Source: an uncultured Bacilli bacterium (GTDB lineage Bacteria; Bacillota_I; Bacilli_A; RFN20; CAG-449). Taken from it: a stretch of 61,395 nt of DNA. This document shows, in pieces, positions 39,432 to 48,985 of this stretch. The notes under the pieces were generated by a model. That model ran no database searches. It was not told the DNA's origin and saw only the letters and a program-made list of their open reading frames with translations. The position numbers were made by a program, and so were the translations under genes. How positions within the stretch are numbered: the stretch's first letter is position 1; each line of letters begins with the position of its first letter. The stretch lies in the NCBI GenBank assembly GCA_944332525.1, contig CALVKD010000002.1:1-61395 (forward strand), written 5' to 3'.

Positions 39432-40327
39432 TTTGTCAGAGAGAAATTCTTTTTGCTCAAGAAGTTCTAAGAAGAATTGCGCAGCAAAAATTTAATATCT
39501 GCTTCATTGGAGAAACTGAGACAAACAAAGAATTATTTAAATATTTTTTATCCGCGAACCTCTGTCTTTTTCACGATGAAAAAGTATATTTTAATGGTAA
39601 AATGTATAAAGAAATAGTTGCTAAGTTAGAAAAGATTTCGACGCTTATTTTATTAAAATATCAAGAGATATCTTCATTAAATGAACTTCCTCAAGGAACT
39701 TATATTTTTTCAGGAGGTGAACATATCTTAGAAAATGAATATAGGTTTGTTATTTATGATACAAGCAACTTAAATCGTTATTTTTTAAAAGATTATGACG
39801 CTTTAATCCGATTAGATGACAGCATTCATGAAATAGTTAAAACAGTCTTAGATAGTAAAAGCAAAGATATTAAAGACTTACAAATTTTGTTACCAACAAA
39901 TCATAATTTAACAAACGATTATTCTTTCCATTATATTTTTTCCGATGTTCTTTATCTCTATGTAGAAAAGTATCTAAAAGCTACCTATCAAAAAAGTGAA
40001 TTTTCGCAGATGCTACAAAAGATTCTATCCTTATGCGGCGAAGAATTATATCTTTATATTTTTAATAATTATCTTAACGAATCGCCATTTGCTTTTTTAA
40101 GCGATATTGAACATCAAAGATGGATGATTAGAACGCTTCTTTATGATGCAGATGATATCTATGAAAGAAAAAGGCACCTATTTGTATCTTTCAAAGATTT
40201 ATATTTATCATTAACTAAGATTTCTAAAGAAACCATTGATTATTATCAAGATGATATCTTAATTTATGATTTTCTTGATGTAGTCGCCGCGGGAATTGTA
40301 TCTTTAAAAAATGATAACCTCATTTAA
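39428..40327 (+). CDS. 299-aa protein of unknown function sharing the EHxRW...RH motif with the upstream gene
   Basis: It overlaps the upstream gene (ATGA) and has an AAGGTGGA RBS. The motif DIEHQRWMIRT...KRHLFVSFKDL lies at about 40103-40200. Confidence 0.65.
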   Translation: MICQREILFAQEVLRRIAQQKFNICFIGETETNKELFKYFLSANLCLFHDEKVYFNGKMYKEIVAKLEKISTLILLKYQEISSLNELPQGTYIFSGGEHILENEYRFVIYDTSNLNRYFLKDYDALIRLDDSIHEIVKTVLDSKSKDIKDLQILLPTNHNLTNDYSFHYIFSDVLYLYVEKYLKATYQKSEFSQMLQKILSLCGEELYLYIFNNYLNESPFAFLSDIEHQRWMIRTLLYDADDIYERKRHLFVSFKDLYLSLTKISKETIDYYQDDILIYDFLDVVAAGIVSLKNDNLI

Positions 40328-40386
40328 AGATTATTTTCTTGATTTTTTCTCTTCGCGGTTAATAATATTTTTACGAGGCATATACT

Positions 40387-41730
40387 ATGAAATTTATCAA
40401 AGAAAAAGAAATGTTAACATCAGAAGAATTATCTTCTTTACATGAAAAATACGTGAAGAATAACGAGCAAACCATTCTTCGTCACGCATTAAGCAAAAAT
40501 AAAATATCCGATATTTGCTTTGTTAATGAAAGCGAAAAAAATAATGATTTTAAGTTTTCTTTGGAAGTTAAAACTTTGCCGATTTGCAATCAGAAGCAAT
40601 CCGGCCGCTGCTGGATTTTTGCTGGTTGCAATCTCTTTAGAGAAATTATCGCTAAAAAACTTAATCTCGATAATTTTGAACTTTCTCAAAACTATGTCGC
40701 TTTCTATGATAAACTTGAAAAAGCAAATTACGCTTTATCATCAATTATGGAATTGTTAGATAAAGAACATGATGATCGTATTCTCTCACACTTATTGATT
40801 AATGCTGTCGGTGACGGAGGACAATTTGATATGTTTGTTAATCTCATTAACAAATATGGTCTCTGCCCAAAGAAAGCCATGGAAGAAACCTTCCAGTCAT
40901 CAGCGACAAGAGAATCTGATTTATTAATTAATGCTACCATTAGAAATTTTGCTTTCCAAGCCCAAAAACTTTTTAAAGATAAAAAATACGAGGAAATTCA
41001 ACACTTAAAGAATCAAACGATTGAAAAGATTTACAATTTCCTTTCTTCGTGCTTTGGCTTAGTCCCTGAAAAATTCGATTTTGAATATGTCGATAAAGAT
41101 GGACAATATCATCTTGAAAGAGATTTAACACCAAAATCTTTTGTCGCAAAATATCTCGGCGATGAAGTTAATAACTATCAATCGATTACTAATTCACCAA
41201 CTAACGATAAACCTTATTATCTCGCTTATACTATCGATTATTTAGGTAATGTCGTTGAAGGCAAAAAGGTTACTCATCTCAACTTACCGATGGAGAGAAT
41301 TGAAGAATTAATTATTAACCAGTTAAAAGACGGCCAAATCGTCTGGTTTGGCAGCGATGTTTCGTATTACGGAGATAGAGATTCCGGAAAATGGGATGAT
41401 AATGCCTATGATTACCTTTCAGCCTTTAACATGGATTTAAAGTTTGATAAAGGCGGTATGCTTGATTATTATCAATCGGCGATGAACCATGCTATGTGCA
41501 TCACTGGAGTAAACTTAGTTGACGGCAAGCCAACTAAATGGAAAATTGAAAACTCTTGGGGTGATCAACGTGGAGAAAAGGGTTTCTTTATTATGAGCGA
41601 AGATTTCTTTAAAACCTTCGTTTATCAAGCAGTTGTGAATAAAAAATACCTTAACGAAGAAGAAAATAAAGCCTTAGAAAAAGAATTAAAAGTCTTCCCA
41701 ATTTATGATCCAATGGGAACTTTAGCTTAA
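40387..41730 (+). CDS. pepC: aminopeptidase C (bleomycin hydrolase, peptidase C1B)
   Basis: This 447-aa protein has the active-site Cys motif QKQSGRCWIFAGCN and the catalytic His region NHAMCITGV, followed by KIENSWG. Confidence 0.9.
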   Translation: MKFIKEKEMLTSEELSSLHEKYVKNNEQTILRHALSKNKISDICFVNESEKNNDFKFSLEVKTLPICNQKQSGRCWIFAGCNLFREIIAKKLNLDNFELSQNYVAFYDKLEKANYALSSIMELLDKEHDDRILSHLLINAVGDGGQFDMFVNLINKYGLCPKKAMEETFQSSATRESDLLINATIRNFAFQAQKLFKDKKYEEIQHLKNQTIEKIYNFLSSCFGLVPEKFDFEYVDKDGQYHLERDLTPKSFVAKYLGDEVNNYQSITNSPTNDKPYYLAYTIDYLGNVVEGKKVTHLNLPMERIEELIINQLKDGQIVWFGSDVSYYGDRDSGKWDDNAYDYLSAFNMDLKFDKGGMLDYYQSAMNHAMCITGVNLVDGKPTKWKIENSWGDQRGEKGFFIMSEDFFKTFVYQAVVNKKYLNEEENKALEKELKVFPIYDPMGTLA

Positions 41731-41732
41731 TG

Positions 41733-41770
41733 AAAAAAGCTAAGCATATATAGTGCTTAGTTCTTTTTTA
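41733..41770. terminator. bidirectional terminator between pepC and the flavodoxin gene
   Basis: A stem pairs GCTAAGCA (41739-41746) with TGCTTAGT (41754-41761). It is flanked by an A-run and a T-run. Confidence 0.6.
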
Positions 41771-42262
41771 TTTGCTTATCCATTCACGGATTTTATTGTC
41801 GCTAGTATGAGCATCTGTACCTTTTATGGCTAATCCTGACTTAACTTCTGCCGCGGTTAAAGTTTTTATTTCATCTATTGAATGAGATAATCCACTGCCT
41901 TCGTGGCTGCAGAGAGGTTTAATTATTTTATGATGAAAATCATATTTTTCTAAAAATGTTGCAACGATACGCGGAAACGAACCACACCAATTTGGATAAC
42001 AGAGATATATTAAATCGTATTTATCAAGATTAAGTAATGGATTTTTAAACAAAGGTCGTGCATTTTCTTGCATTTCTTTTATCGATTGTCTGACGCATTC
42101 GCGGTAAGTTTCAGAATAGGGTACTTCTGGAACTAATTCATAAACATCGGCATTAGTAAATTTTTTGATGACTTTAGCGATATGTTCTACATTTCCTTCC
42201 TTAATATATCCAACATTATGATTTTCACCACGGTGTGAGAAAAAAACAATTAACGATTTCAT
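41768..42262 (-). CDS. flavodoxin-family protein
   Basis: This 164-aa protein has the N-terminus MKSLIVFFSHRGEN and a flavodoxin-like layout. Confidence 0.7.
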   Translation of the reverse strand: MKSLIVFFSHRGENHNVGYIKEGNVEHIAKVIKKFTNADVYELVPEVPYSETYRECVRQSIKEMQENARPLFKNPLLNLDKYDLIYLCYPNWCGSFPRIVATFLEKYDFHHKIIKPLCSHEGSGLSHSIDEIKTLTAAEVKSGLAIKGTDAHTSDNKIREWISK

Positions 42263-42300
42263 ATTATTGATACCTTTCTATATGATAAACAAGGATATTT

Positions 42301-42675
42301 TTATCGCGATAAGACAATAATTACTACAACAACTGCAACATAACTAACTAATGTTAAGAAAAAGGCGATAAAATTTGCTAATTTTTCTTCAGAAACGAAT
42401 GTTCCAATCAACGACATAACCGTCAAAACTAACTGGGCTATCACACCTTGCAAAAAAGAAGTAACAGCAATTGCAACGCATAGTACTATTCCAACTATAC
42501 CTCCAAAAAAAGAACCAACAGAGTCACCTAAGTGATTAGAAAAATAATAGATTCCGTAGCAAGAAGCAAAAGCAAGTGCAACAATTAAGGCATTTGCTAT
42601 AGCATATGCAATGCGTTTTTTACCTGAGGCACTTCCCATATGCGAAATATGGCTTACAAAATTAAATATTCTCAT
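42301..42675 (-). CDS. small membrane protein (4 TM), unknown function
   Basis: I chose the ATG at 42675, which is 7 nt after GGAG. The protein is hydrophobic throughout. Confidence 0.55.
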   Translation of the reverse strand: MRIFNFVSHISHMGSASGKKRIAYAIANALIVALAFASCYGIYYFSNHLGDSVGSFFGGIVGIVLCVAIAVTSFLQGVIAQLVLTVMSLIGTFVSEEKLANFIAFFLTLVSYVAVVVVIIVLSR

Positions 42676-42804
42676 CTCTTTTCTCCATATATTATCAATC
42701 AATGTCTTTCTACCTTTAAGATAACATATTTTTCAAAAATGTCAAAATATTGGTACAGATGTTAAATTATCTTTATAAATTATTGCTTTTATCAACTTAT
42801 AAGC

Positions 42805-42833
42805 ACAAAAAAGGTATCCGCAAACGGATACCC
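42805..42833 (-). terminator. intrinsic terminator after the giant GH3 gene
   Basis: A stem pairs GGTATCCG with CGGATACC (42812-42832). A U-run follows on the minus strand. Confidence 0.8.
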
Positions 42834-42856
42834 AAACAATCATTAATTAATTGTTT

Positions 42857-45800
42857 TTAATTTTGCTCACTCCAAGTGATATTGTTATCTCCGCGAAGAT
42901 TAAGATACATTAAGTTAGCATTATCGCGATCTTTATCAGTAAGAACTGTTAGGACAATAACGTTTTCACCTTCTTTGAGTTCAACGCAACCAAGATTAAT
43001 TTCAACAAATGTATTCCAGTGGCTGTTGTTCAAAGGTGAAGCCGGTCTCATCGCCGATGATACCATATCAACGCCATTAACATTGATGCTCATGCCGCTA
43101 GTGATTAATCTTCTTTGATCGCGGTAGTTGAATGAAAAAAGTAAATTGACAGTTCCTGCCTTTTCAGCATTAACGCGGAAAGTAATTGTCGCACCTTTAT
43201 TTTGATCAACATTTCCTAATGCACCAGATTGTTCAGTTGACGAGAAATTCTTTGCTCCATTAGTAAGCTCAGCATCGACAGCATTGAAGATATGATCATG
43301 TCCAATGGTATCTTCACCGCATTTGTCTAGGCAGCTAGTCGCTTGACAATCTGGGTCAAGACATTTTCCGCAGACGCTGCACTTATGAGTGCAACCTTCG
43401 TTATTTGTTAATTCTTCATCAGTTTTGAGAGTGATGTAATCAATATTTGTCGCATTATTTGTAGCAGTTAAGACAATTGTATTTTCGCCAGCTTTTAAAT
43501 TAATGCAGCCAATTAAAGTTTCTGAGAAATAGTGCCAAGTATCAACATTAGAAATCGGCATATCAACTCTCGCTGGAGAAGTAACGCTTTCTCCATTAAC
43601 TGTGATTTGGAAAAGATCAGTGAATAATGGTTTTTGATCGCGTTTCATTGAAACAGCTGCTGCAAGAGTTGCAACTTGATCAGCTGATGAATCGACTTTA
43701 AAGGTTAAAGTTGCTCCAGCATTTCCGTTAACATCTTGAGCGAAGTTATCGCGAATGGACGGCATTTTACTATTTCCTGCACCAAATTCTGCGCTTTCAG
43801 CTTCATAACGGTAGTTATATGCTTTATTATCTCCGCATTTAACTTCACATTCAGAATAATCGTAGTCATCATCAAGGCAGCCGCCGCAGATTGGGCACTT
43901 GCTTTCACAAGTATGTTCGGGATAATCTGAAGTGATTTCACCATCAGTAACTAATTTGATGTAATCCATATTTACGCCAATTGAGCCATCATTGCTAATT
44001 ACTTCTAGAGTAATAGTATTTGCTCCAGGCGCTAAGGTGATATTGCCGATAGTGATTTCGGTAAAGCCATACCAGAGATCATATTGATAGATGGAAGCTT
44101 TATTAACAGCAGTTGTTGTTACTTCTTGATCATTGACTGTTATTTTGAATAAATCACTAATCTTGTATTCTTTTATTCTTTGTCCGACTGAAAGGATTAA
44201 TGTTGCTTTAGCGGTATTTTTACTGTTAACATTGAAGCTTATTTTTGCTCCCATGTTTTCGCTGATAGATCCAACATAACCAAGAGTATTATTAGGGGAA
44301 AGAGCTTTTACTCCGTCAATTAATGTTGCATCTTCAGCTTCAAAGCGATAAGTATTCTTTGGTTTTTCACTGATAGTAATTGAAACTTCATCAGTAAATT
44401 CACCATATTTTACAGTAATAACATTATTTTCTAAGGTTAATGCACCTGTTGGTTCATAAGTATAATCGGTAATTTCTTTTCTAGAACCATCTGAGTAGAC
44501 TGCTTCGACTTTCATACCAGTTGCATCGAATTCTTCACCGACAAAATAGCTAGTTTTTGATGGTTGGCTGACAACTTCAATTCCGCTTAAGACAGCATCT
44601 TCGAAGACATCATCTGATAATTCAGCTGGGCTAGTAACTGCGATATAGTCGAAATTGACTAAATCGGCATTAGAGGAAGTTTTAACGGTAAATGTAAGGG
44701 TATTTAAACCTTTGACCAAATCAACGCAACCGAGATTGACTTCGCGAGAAGTAAACCAATCGTTACCATCAGCTCTAATTGTTGGTGAGTTAGGGTCAGA
44801 AGCTTTAATGCGTGATTCTCTATCAAGAACTTCACCATTGAGTTCAACATCAAAAGCATTCATGAAGCGTTTTTCATCAGGTCTAGAGGTAACTGCCGCG
44901 GCTAAATTTGCTCTAACATTATCTTTAGAATAAATGTTGAAAGTTAATTTTGCGCCGAGGTTTTCAGAAAGGTTACCAACTAATACATATTTATCTGTAC
45001 CTTCGTAAACCGATGATTGTTCACCTGTACTTGGCATACCTTTTGTACCACCAGATAAAGTGCTCTTCTCTGCTTGGAAAACAAATTTTTCGCCTGCAAC
45101 TTGACATTTTTCTTCATGTCCAGGATTTGTGCATTCTAAGTCCATGCACCTACCGCAGACTGGACAAATTTCATCGCATTCGATGATAGGTGCAACATAT
45201 TCTAAATCAGTATCGGTTAAAAGTTTAATCTTATCGAGATTGTAACCTGAAGTATTTCCAGTTCCTTGTTGAATTAAGGAAATAGTATTTCCACCTTCAA
45301 CGAGATTAATACAACCTAAGTTAACATCGCTAAAGGTTGTCCACGTTTCACCATCTAAACCATTAGATTTGACTACTGCTTGTGAAGTAAAGGCTGACCC
45401 GTTAACAGAGACATAGACGTTATTTGTATAAATTGTCTCGACAACACGCTTATTAATTCTTACAACAAGCGATGCTGTAGTGTCAGCAGCTGATTTAATT
45501 GTAAATGTTACACCTCCACCAAGATTGTTATTTAATTCACCGATATAAGTGATTCCATTAGTCGTATAAATTTGAGGTCTTTCTTTTCCTGTGACGATTA
45601 ATCCGTCTTCAGCTTCAAATTCATGAGAAGTTAAGCCTTCACCGCATTTAACGCTGCAAGCTTCATCGTCGCATTCAAGATCGAGGCATCCTCCGCAAAT
45701 CGGACACTTTTCGGTGCAAACATGTTTTTCTTCTTCACTTGATCCAGAGCTATCTGAAGTAGTTGGATTGCTTCCAGATGAGGATTGAGAAGAACTGCTC

Positions 45801-48800
45801 GATGATGCTAGAGGTAAAGTTAGAGATAAGACAACAATTGCTACTACGCCAAGGCCTAATAATGAGAACAATAAAATCTTCTTTTTCTTATTATTGCCAT
45901 CATTATCTGGTGGAGTTGTTCCGCCATTTGATCCACCATCGTCACTGGTGACTGTTTTTGATTTACCATCAGTAAATACCTTTTCTGAAATCTTTTTGGA
46001 ATTTAAGATAAATGAAGCAATAGCCATCAATAAGCATAAGGTTAATAAAGTGATTGATACACCTTCACCAACATTTAAAGCAACCTGCCACCAGACAGCA
46101 ACTTTTTGAATGCTAGTATCTTGAGTGACGCCATTCATACAATTGGAATTAAGTTGAGCATAGAGAAGGCGGTGGCATGCCTCTCTTAAAGCTAACATAA
46201 CCGTCGGATTATCTTCATATTCTTTCAAATATGATTCATTTCCTCCACCATCCATCCATAAGTCGTTTCCAGCTAACAAGCCTTCAGCTTTAGCATTTGG
46301 ATTAGTCATATGGTGAACAGAATCAGTTGTACCGGTGCAAGAGTCGGTTTCAACAATTCCATTAAATCCCCATTCATCTCTTAAAACAGATGTTAATAAT
46401 CCGTGATGAGCGCCAGCCCAAATGGTACCAATACGGTTAAATGATGACATTAAGCCGTTCATCTTACCTTCAGTAACAGCCATTTCGAATGGTTTTAAAT
46501 AAATTTCTCTAATCGATTGTTCGTTAGCAAATGTCGCAACACCATAACGATTAGTTTCTTGGTCATTTAAAGCAAAGTGTTTTGTGAAAACAATAACTCC
46601 TTTACTCTGTAATCCTTTAATTTCGCTAGCTAATAATTTTCCCGATAAGAATCCATCTTCCGAGAAATATTCCCAGTTACGTCCTCCATAAGGTGAACGA
46701 TGGATACATCCGCCTGGACCGTAAATACCAGTATATCTAGCATGGAGAATTTCGTGAGAGAAAGCTTCTCCGACTTCTTCAAGCAATGGGGCGTTGAATG
46801 TCGCAGCCATTAAAGTCTCACTTGGGAAAGACATTTGAGTCTTTAAGGTTGGGTTATTTTCTTTTAATCCTGCCGGGCCATCTTTACATTCTGCACCAGG
46901 TGCGCTGACTGAAGAAGCGCCAGCGATATGGTGAAGACCATAGGACATTAAATATTCTTGTTCGCCTTTGCTCATTTGATTGAGTAGGTCATCCCATAAT
47001 TCGTCATCATAATCTTTATCTTTGAGCATGATGAGTTTAAGTTCACCGATAGAAGAAGTAACAGTATCATAGATAGGCATTTCATCTTCTGGATTAGCAA
47101 TAACTTCGTCACCATATTGCATATCGTGAACCATAATATCATTGACGCAGTCAAGAACAACAGGTTCAGGGAATGTATCGTTCCAGTTATTACGGCTTAA
47201 ATAAGTGATGCTTTGATCATCTTTCGTGCCTTCATAAAGATTTAAATCAGTATCGTTGAATTGATTAGAAACTTCTTTATTAGTATAAGGAGATGTTTTA
47301 TAGGTAGTAAAATCATCTTTATCCACTGTAACTTTATAAGTTGCTCCATCTACATATGAACCAACGATATCATCTTTCAAAGAGTCATCTTTTTCGACAA
47401 TAATATTATTGATTGCTTCATGAGCATCACTAGCCATCGTGAGATAATAGTCACCTTTTTCTAAAATGTAACTACCTTCACCATAAGCGTCATATGTTTT
47501 AAATTCATATGGATCAACTTCGACAGTAACTGTCGCACTTTCACCTTTTTCTAATTTTTCACTCTTAGCAAAACCGACGAGTTCAACCGAAGCTTTTTCA
47601 ATATTATGCTCCTTGTCATATTCAGTATATGGTTTTTGTAAATATACCTGCATGACATCTTTACCGGCATAATCACCGACGTTAGTTGTGGTGAAAGATA
47701 ACTGATAATTACCATTAGGAAGTTCAGTCATCTTATAGTCGCTGCGTTCAAATTCAGCATAAGATAAACCATATCCAAAAGGATAGCTAACTTCATTTTC
47801 ATAATCCCAAGTTGCACCAGTTGTGGCACCTTTGCTTCCGGAAGCTTGTCCCTGATTTAAAATAGTATCTTCATAGCGAGTTTCATAATAGCGATACCCA
47901 ACGTAGATACCCTCTTGATAAGTAACATATTTAATATTGTAACTAGCGTATGTTTCTTTACCTTGGTTATCAAGATCAGGTAATTCAGAGGAATATTCAT
48001 TCCAGGTGAAATCACCAAAATTCTGTTGAGAAGGTATTGAATCATTATCGTAAACAAAAGTATCAGATAAGTGTCCTGAAACAACATAATCGCCGCGTCC
48101 AGATAAAACAGCCGCGATTTGCTTATATGACATTGTTCCGCCTAAACCGACATAAACAATTCCGTCAACATTGAGTTTTGAAAGATTTTTAAATTGTAAA
48201 GCATTAGCCGAATTGATTAATACAACGACTTTTTTTACTTTACCTTCATCTCTTAATTTAATTAAATTTGTAAGAACATCAATTTCATCATTAGTTAAAT
48301 CTAGATAATTCTTTTCATCTGCGAAGTCATCTTTGTCAGATGGAGTGATGTCATAATGTTCACCAGCGACACGAGAAATAATCATGACCGCGGCATCATT
48401 ATAATTTGAGATAGTTTTATCAACTGTGCTAGAAACCTCAGAATATGGGGCTTCATTAACCGCTTGACGGTTAGTTCTCTTATAAGTTTGAGCGAGCGAT
48501 GAATATTGGAAAAATAAATCCATATTTAAGCGAAGATTATATTCGCTAAAGGCAGTGTTCATTGTTCCATCTGGTGTTACGCTCATCGATCCTGAACCAT
48601 CACCTAAAAAGACATAATTGGCTGATGAAATACCAAATAGAGAGACCCCTGCATTTTCTTTTAATGGCAAGGCATCATTGTTTTGGAGCACGACGCTTCC
48701 TTCAACAGCAGCTTGTAAAGCTTTCTCTTTTGAATTTGCACGCATGGCCTCATCATCATAGGACCCATTTTTCATAAAATCAGATTTAAAGTATTCTGAA

Positions 48801-48985
48801 TCTGTTTCTGAGCCACTTGTATCTGTTTGAACATATGGATTAGTATGAAACATACCATTAATTGCTGCTTCATACTTGTTTGCAAGAGGATTACCAACAA
48901 CGAAAATAGTTGTTAAAATTCCAAAAAAGACGCTTGCGAGAACCCAAGACGATCTAGTAAACAATGGTTTCAACTTTTTATTCAT
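42857..48985 (-). CDS. 2042-aa membrane-anchored glycoside hydrolase family 3 enzyme (domain-permuted) with C-terminal array of CBM6/35-like modules, one Ig-like domain and Cys-rich linkers
   Basis: GH3 C-domain motifs come first (VLQNNDALPL, YPFGYGLSY). An Fn3-like region follows (VMQVYLQKP). The GH3 barrel comes after that (KHFALNDQETNR, SFNRIG, GIVETDS). There is an N-terminal signal anchor and two further TM helices (DNA about 45795-46075). Five repeats of the type FEAEDxxL...NxDYIxL are present. It has a GGAGGTG RBS. Confidence 0.85.
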   Translation of the reverse strand: MNKKLKPLFTRSSWVLASVFFGILTTIFVVGNPLANKYEAAINGMFHTNPYVQTDTSGSETDSEYFKSDFMKNGSYDDEAMRANSKEKALQAAVEGSVVLQNNDALPLKENAGVSLFGISSANYVFLGDGSGSMSVTPDGTMNTAFSEYNLRLNMDLFFQYSSLAQTYKRTNRQAVNEAPYSEVSSTVDKTISNYNDAAVMIISRVAGEHYDITPSDKDDFADEKNYLDLTNDEIDVLTNLIKLRDEGKVKKVVVLINSANALQFKNLSKLNVDGIVYVGLGGTMSYKQIAAVLSGRGDYVVSGHLSDTFVYDNDSIPSQQNFGDFTWNEYSSELPDLDNQGKETYASYNIKYVTYQEGIYVGYRYYETRYEDTILNQGQASGSKGATTGATWDYENEVSYPFGYGLSYAEFERSDYKMTELPNGNYQLSFTTTNVGDYAGKDVMQVYLQKPYTEYDKEHNIEKASVELVGFAKSEKLEKGESATVTVEVDPYEFKTYDAYGEGSYILEKGDYYLTMASDAHEAINNIIVEKDDSLKDDIVGSYVDGATYKVTVDKDDFTTYKTSPYTNKEVSNQFNDTDLNLYEGTKDDQSITYLSRNNWNDTFPEPVVLDCVNDIMVHDMQYGDEVIANPEDEMPIYDTVTSSIGELKLIMLKDKDYDDELWDDLLNQMSKGEQEYLMSYGLHHIAGASSVSAPGAECKDGPAGLKENNPTLKTQMSFPSETLMAATFNAPLLEEVGEAFSHEILHARYTGIYGPGGCIHRSPYGGRNWEYFSEDGFLSGKLLASEIKGLQSKGVIVFTKHFALNDQETNRYGVATFANEQSIREIYLKPFEMAVTEGKMNGLMSSFNRIGTIWAGAHHGLLTSVLRDEWGFNGIVETDSCTGTTDSVHHMTNPNAKAEGLLAGNDLWMDGGGNESYLKEYEDNPTVMLALREACHRLLYAQLNSNCMNGVTQDTSIQKVAVWWQVALNVGEGVSITLLTLCLLMAIASFILNSKKISEKVFTDGKSKTVTSDDGGSNGGTTPPDNDGNNKKKKILLFSLLGLGVVAIVVLSLTLPLASSSSSSQSSSGSNPTTSDSSGSSEEEKHVCTEKCPICGGCLDLECDDEACSVKCGEGLTSHEFEAEDGLIVTGKERPQIYTTNGITYIGELNNNLGGGVTFTIKSAADTTASLVVRINKRVVETIYTNNVYVSVNGSAFTSQAVVKSNGLDGETWTTFSDVNLGCINLVEGGNTISLIQQGTGNTSGYNLDKIKLLTDTDLEYVAPIIECDEICPVCGRCMDLECTNPGHEEKCQVAGEKFVFQAEKSTLSGGTKGMPSTGEQSSVYEGTDKYVLVGNLSENLGAKLTFNIYSKDNVRANLAAAVTSRPDEKRFMNAFDVELNGEVLDRESRIKASDPNSPTIRADGNDWFTSREVNLGCVDLVKGLNTLTFTVKTSSNADLVNFDYIAVTSPAELSDDVFEDAVLSGIEVVSQPSKTSYFVGEEFDATGMKVEAVYSDGSRKEITDYTYEPTGALTLENNVITVKYGEFTDEVSITISEKPKNTYRFEAEDATLIDGVKALSPNNTLGYVGSISENMGAKISFNVNSKNTAKATLILSVGQRIKEYKISDLFKITVNDQEVTTTAVNKASIYQYDLWYGFTEITIGNITLAPGANTITLEVISNDGSIGVNMDYIKLVTDGEITSDYPEHTCESKCPICGGCLDDDYDYSECEVKCGDNKAYNYRYEAESAEFGAGNSKMPSIRDNFAQDVNGNAGATLTFKVDSSADQVATLAAAVSMKRDQKPLFTDLFQITVNGESVTSPARVDMPISNVDTWHYFSETLIGCINLKAGENTIVLTATNNATNIDYITLKTDEELTNNEGCTHKCSVCGKCLDPDCQATSCLDKCGEDTIGHDHIFNAVDAELTNGAKNFSSTEQSGALGNVDQNKGATITFRVNAEKAGTVNLLFSFNYRDQRRLITSGMSINVNGVDMVSSAMRPASPLNNSHWNTFVEINLGCVELKEGENVIVLTVLTDKDRDNANLMYLNLRGDNNITWSEQN
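43319..45718 (-). repeat. four copies of a 25-residue Cys-rich module inside the GH3 gene, each preceding a CBM-like repeat
   Basis: The modules lie at 45644-45718 (CTEKCPICGGCLDLECDDEACSVKC), 45104-45178 (CDEICPVCGRCMDLECTNPGHEEKC), 43835-43909 (CESKCPICGGCLDDDYDYSECEVKC) and 43319-43393 (CTHKCSVCGKCLDPDCQATSCLDKC). Each is exactly 75 nt from the first Cys to the last. Confidence 0.9.
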
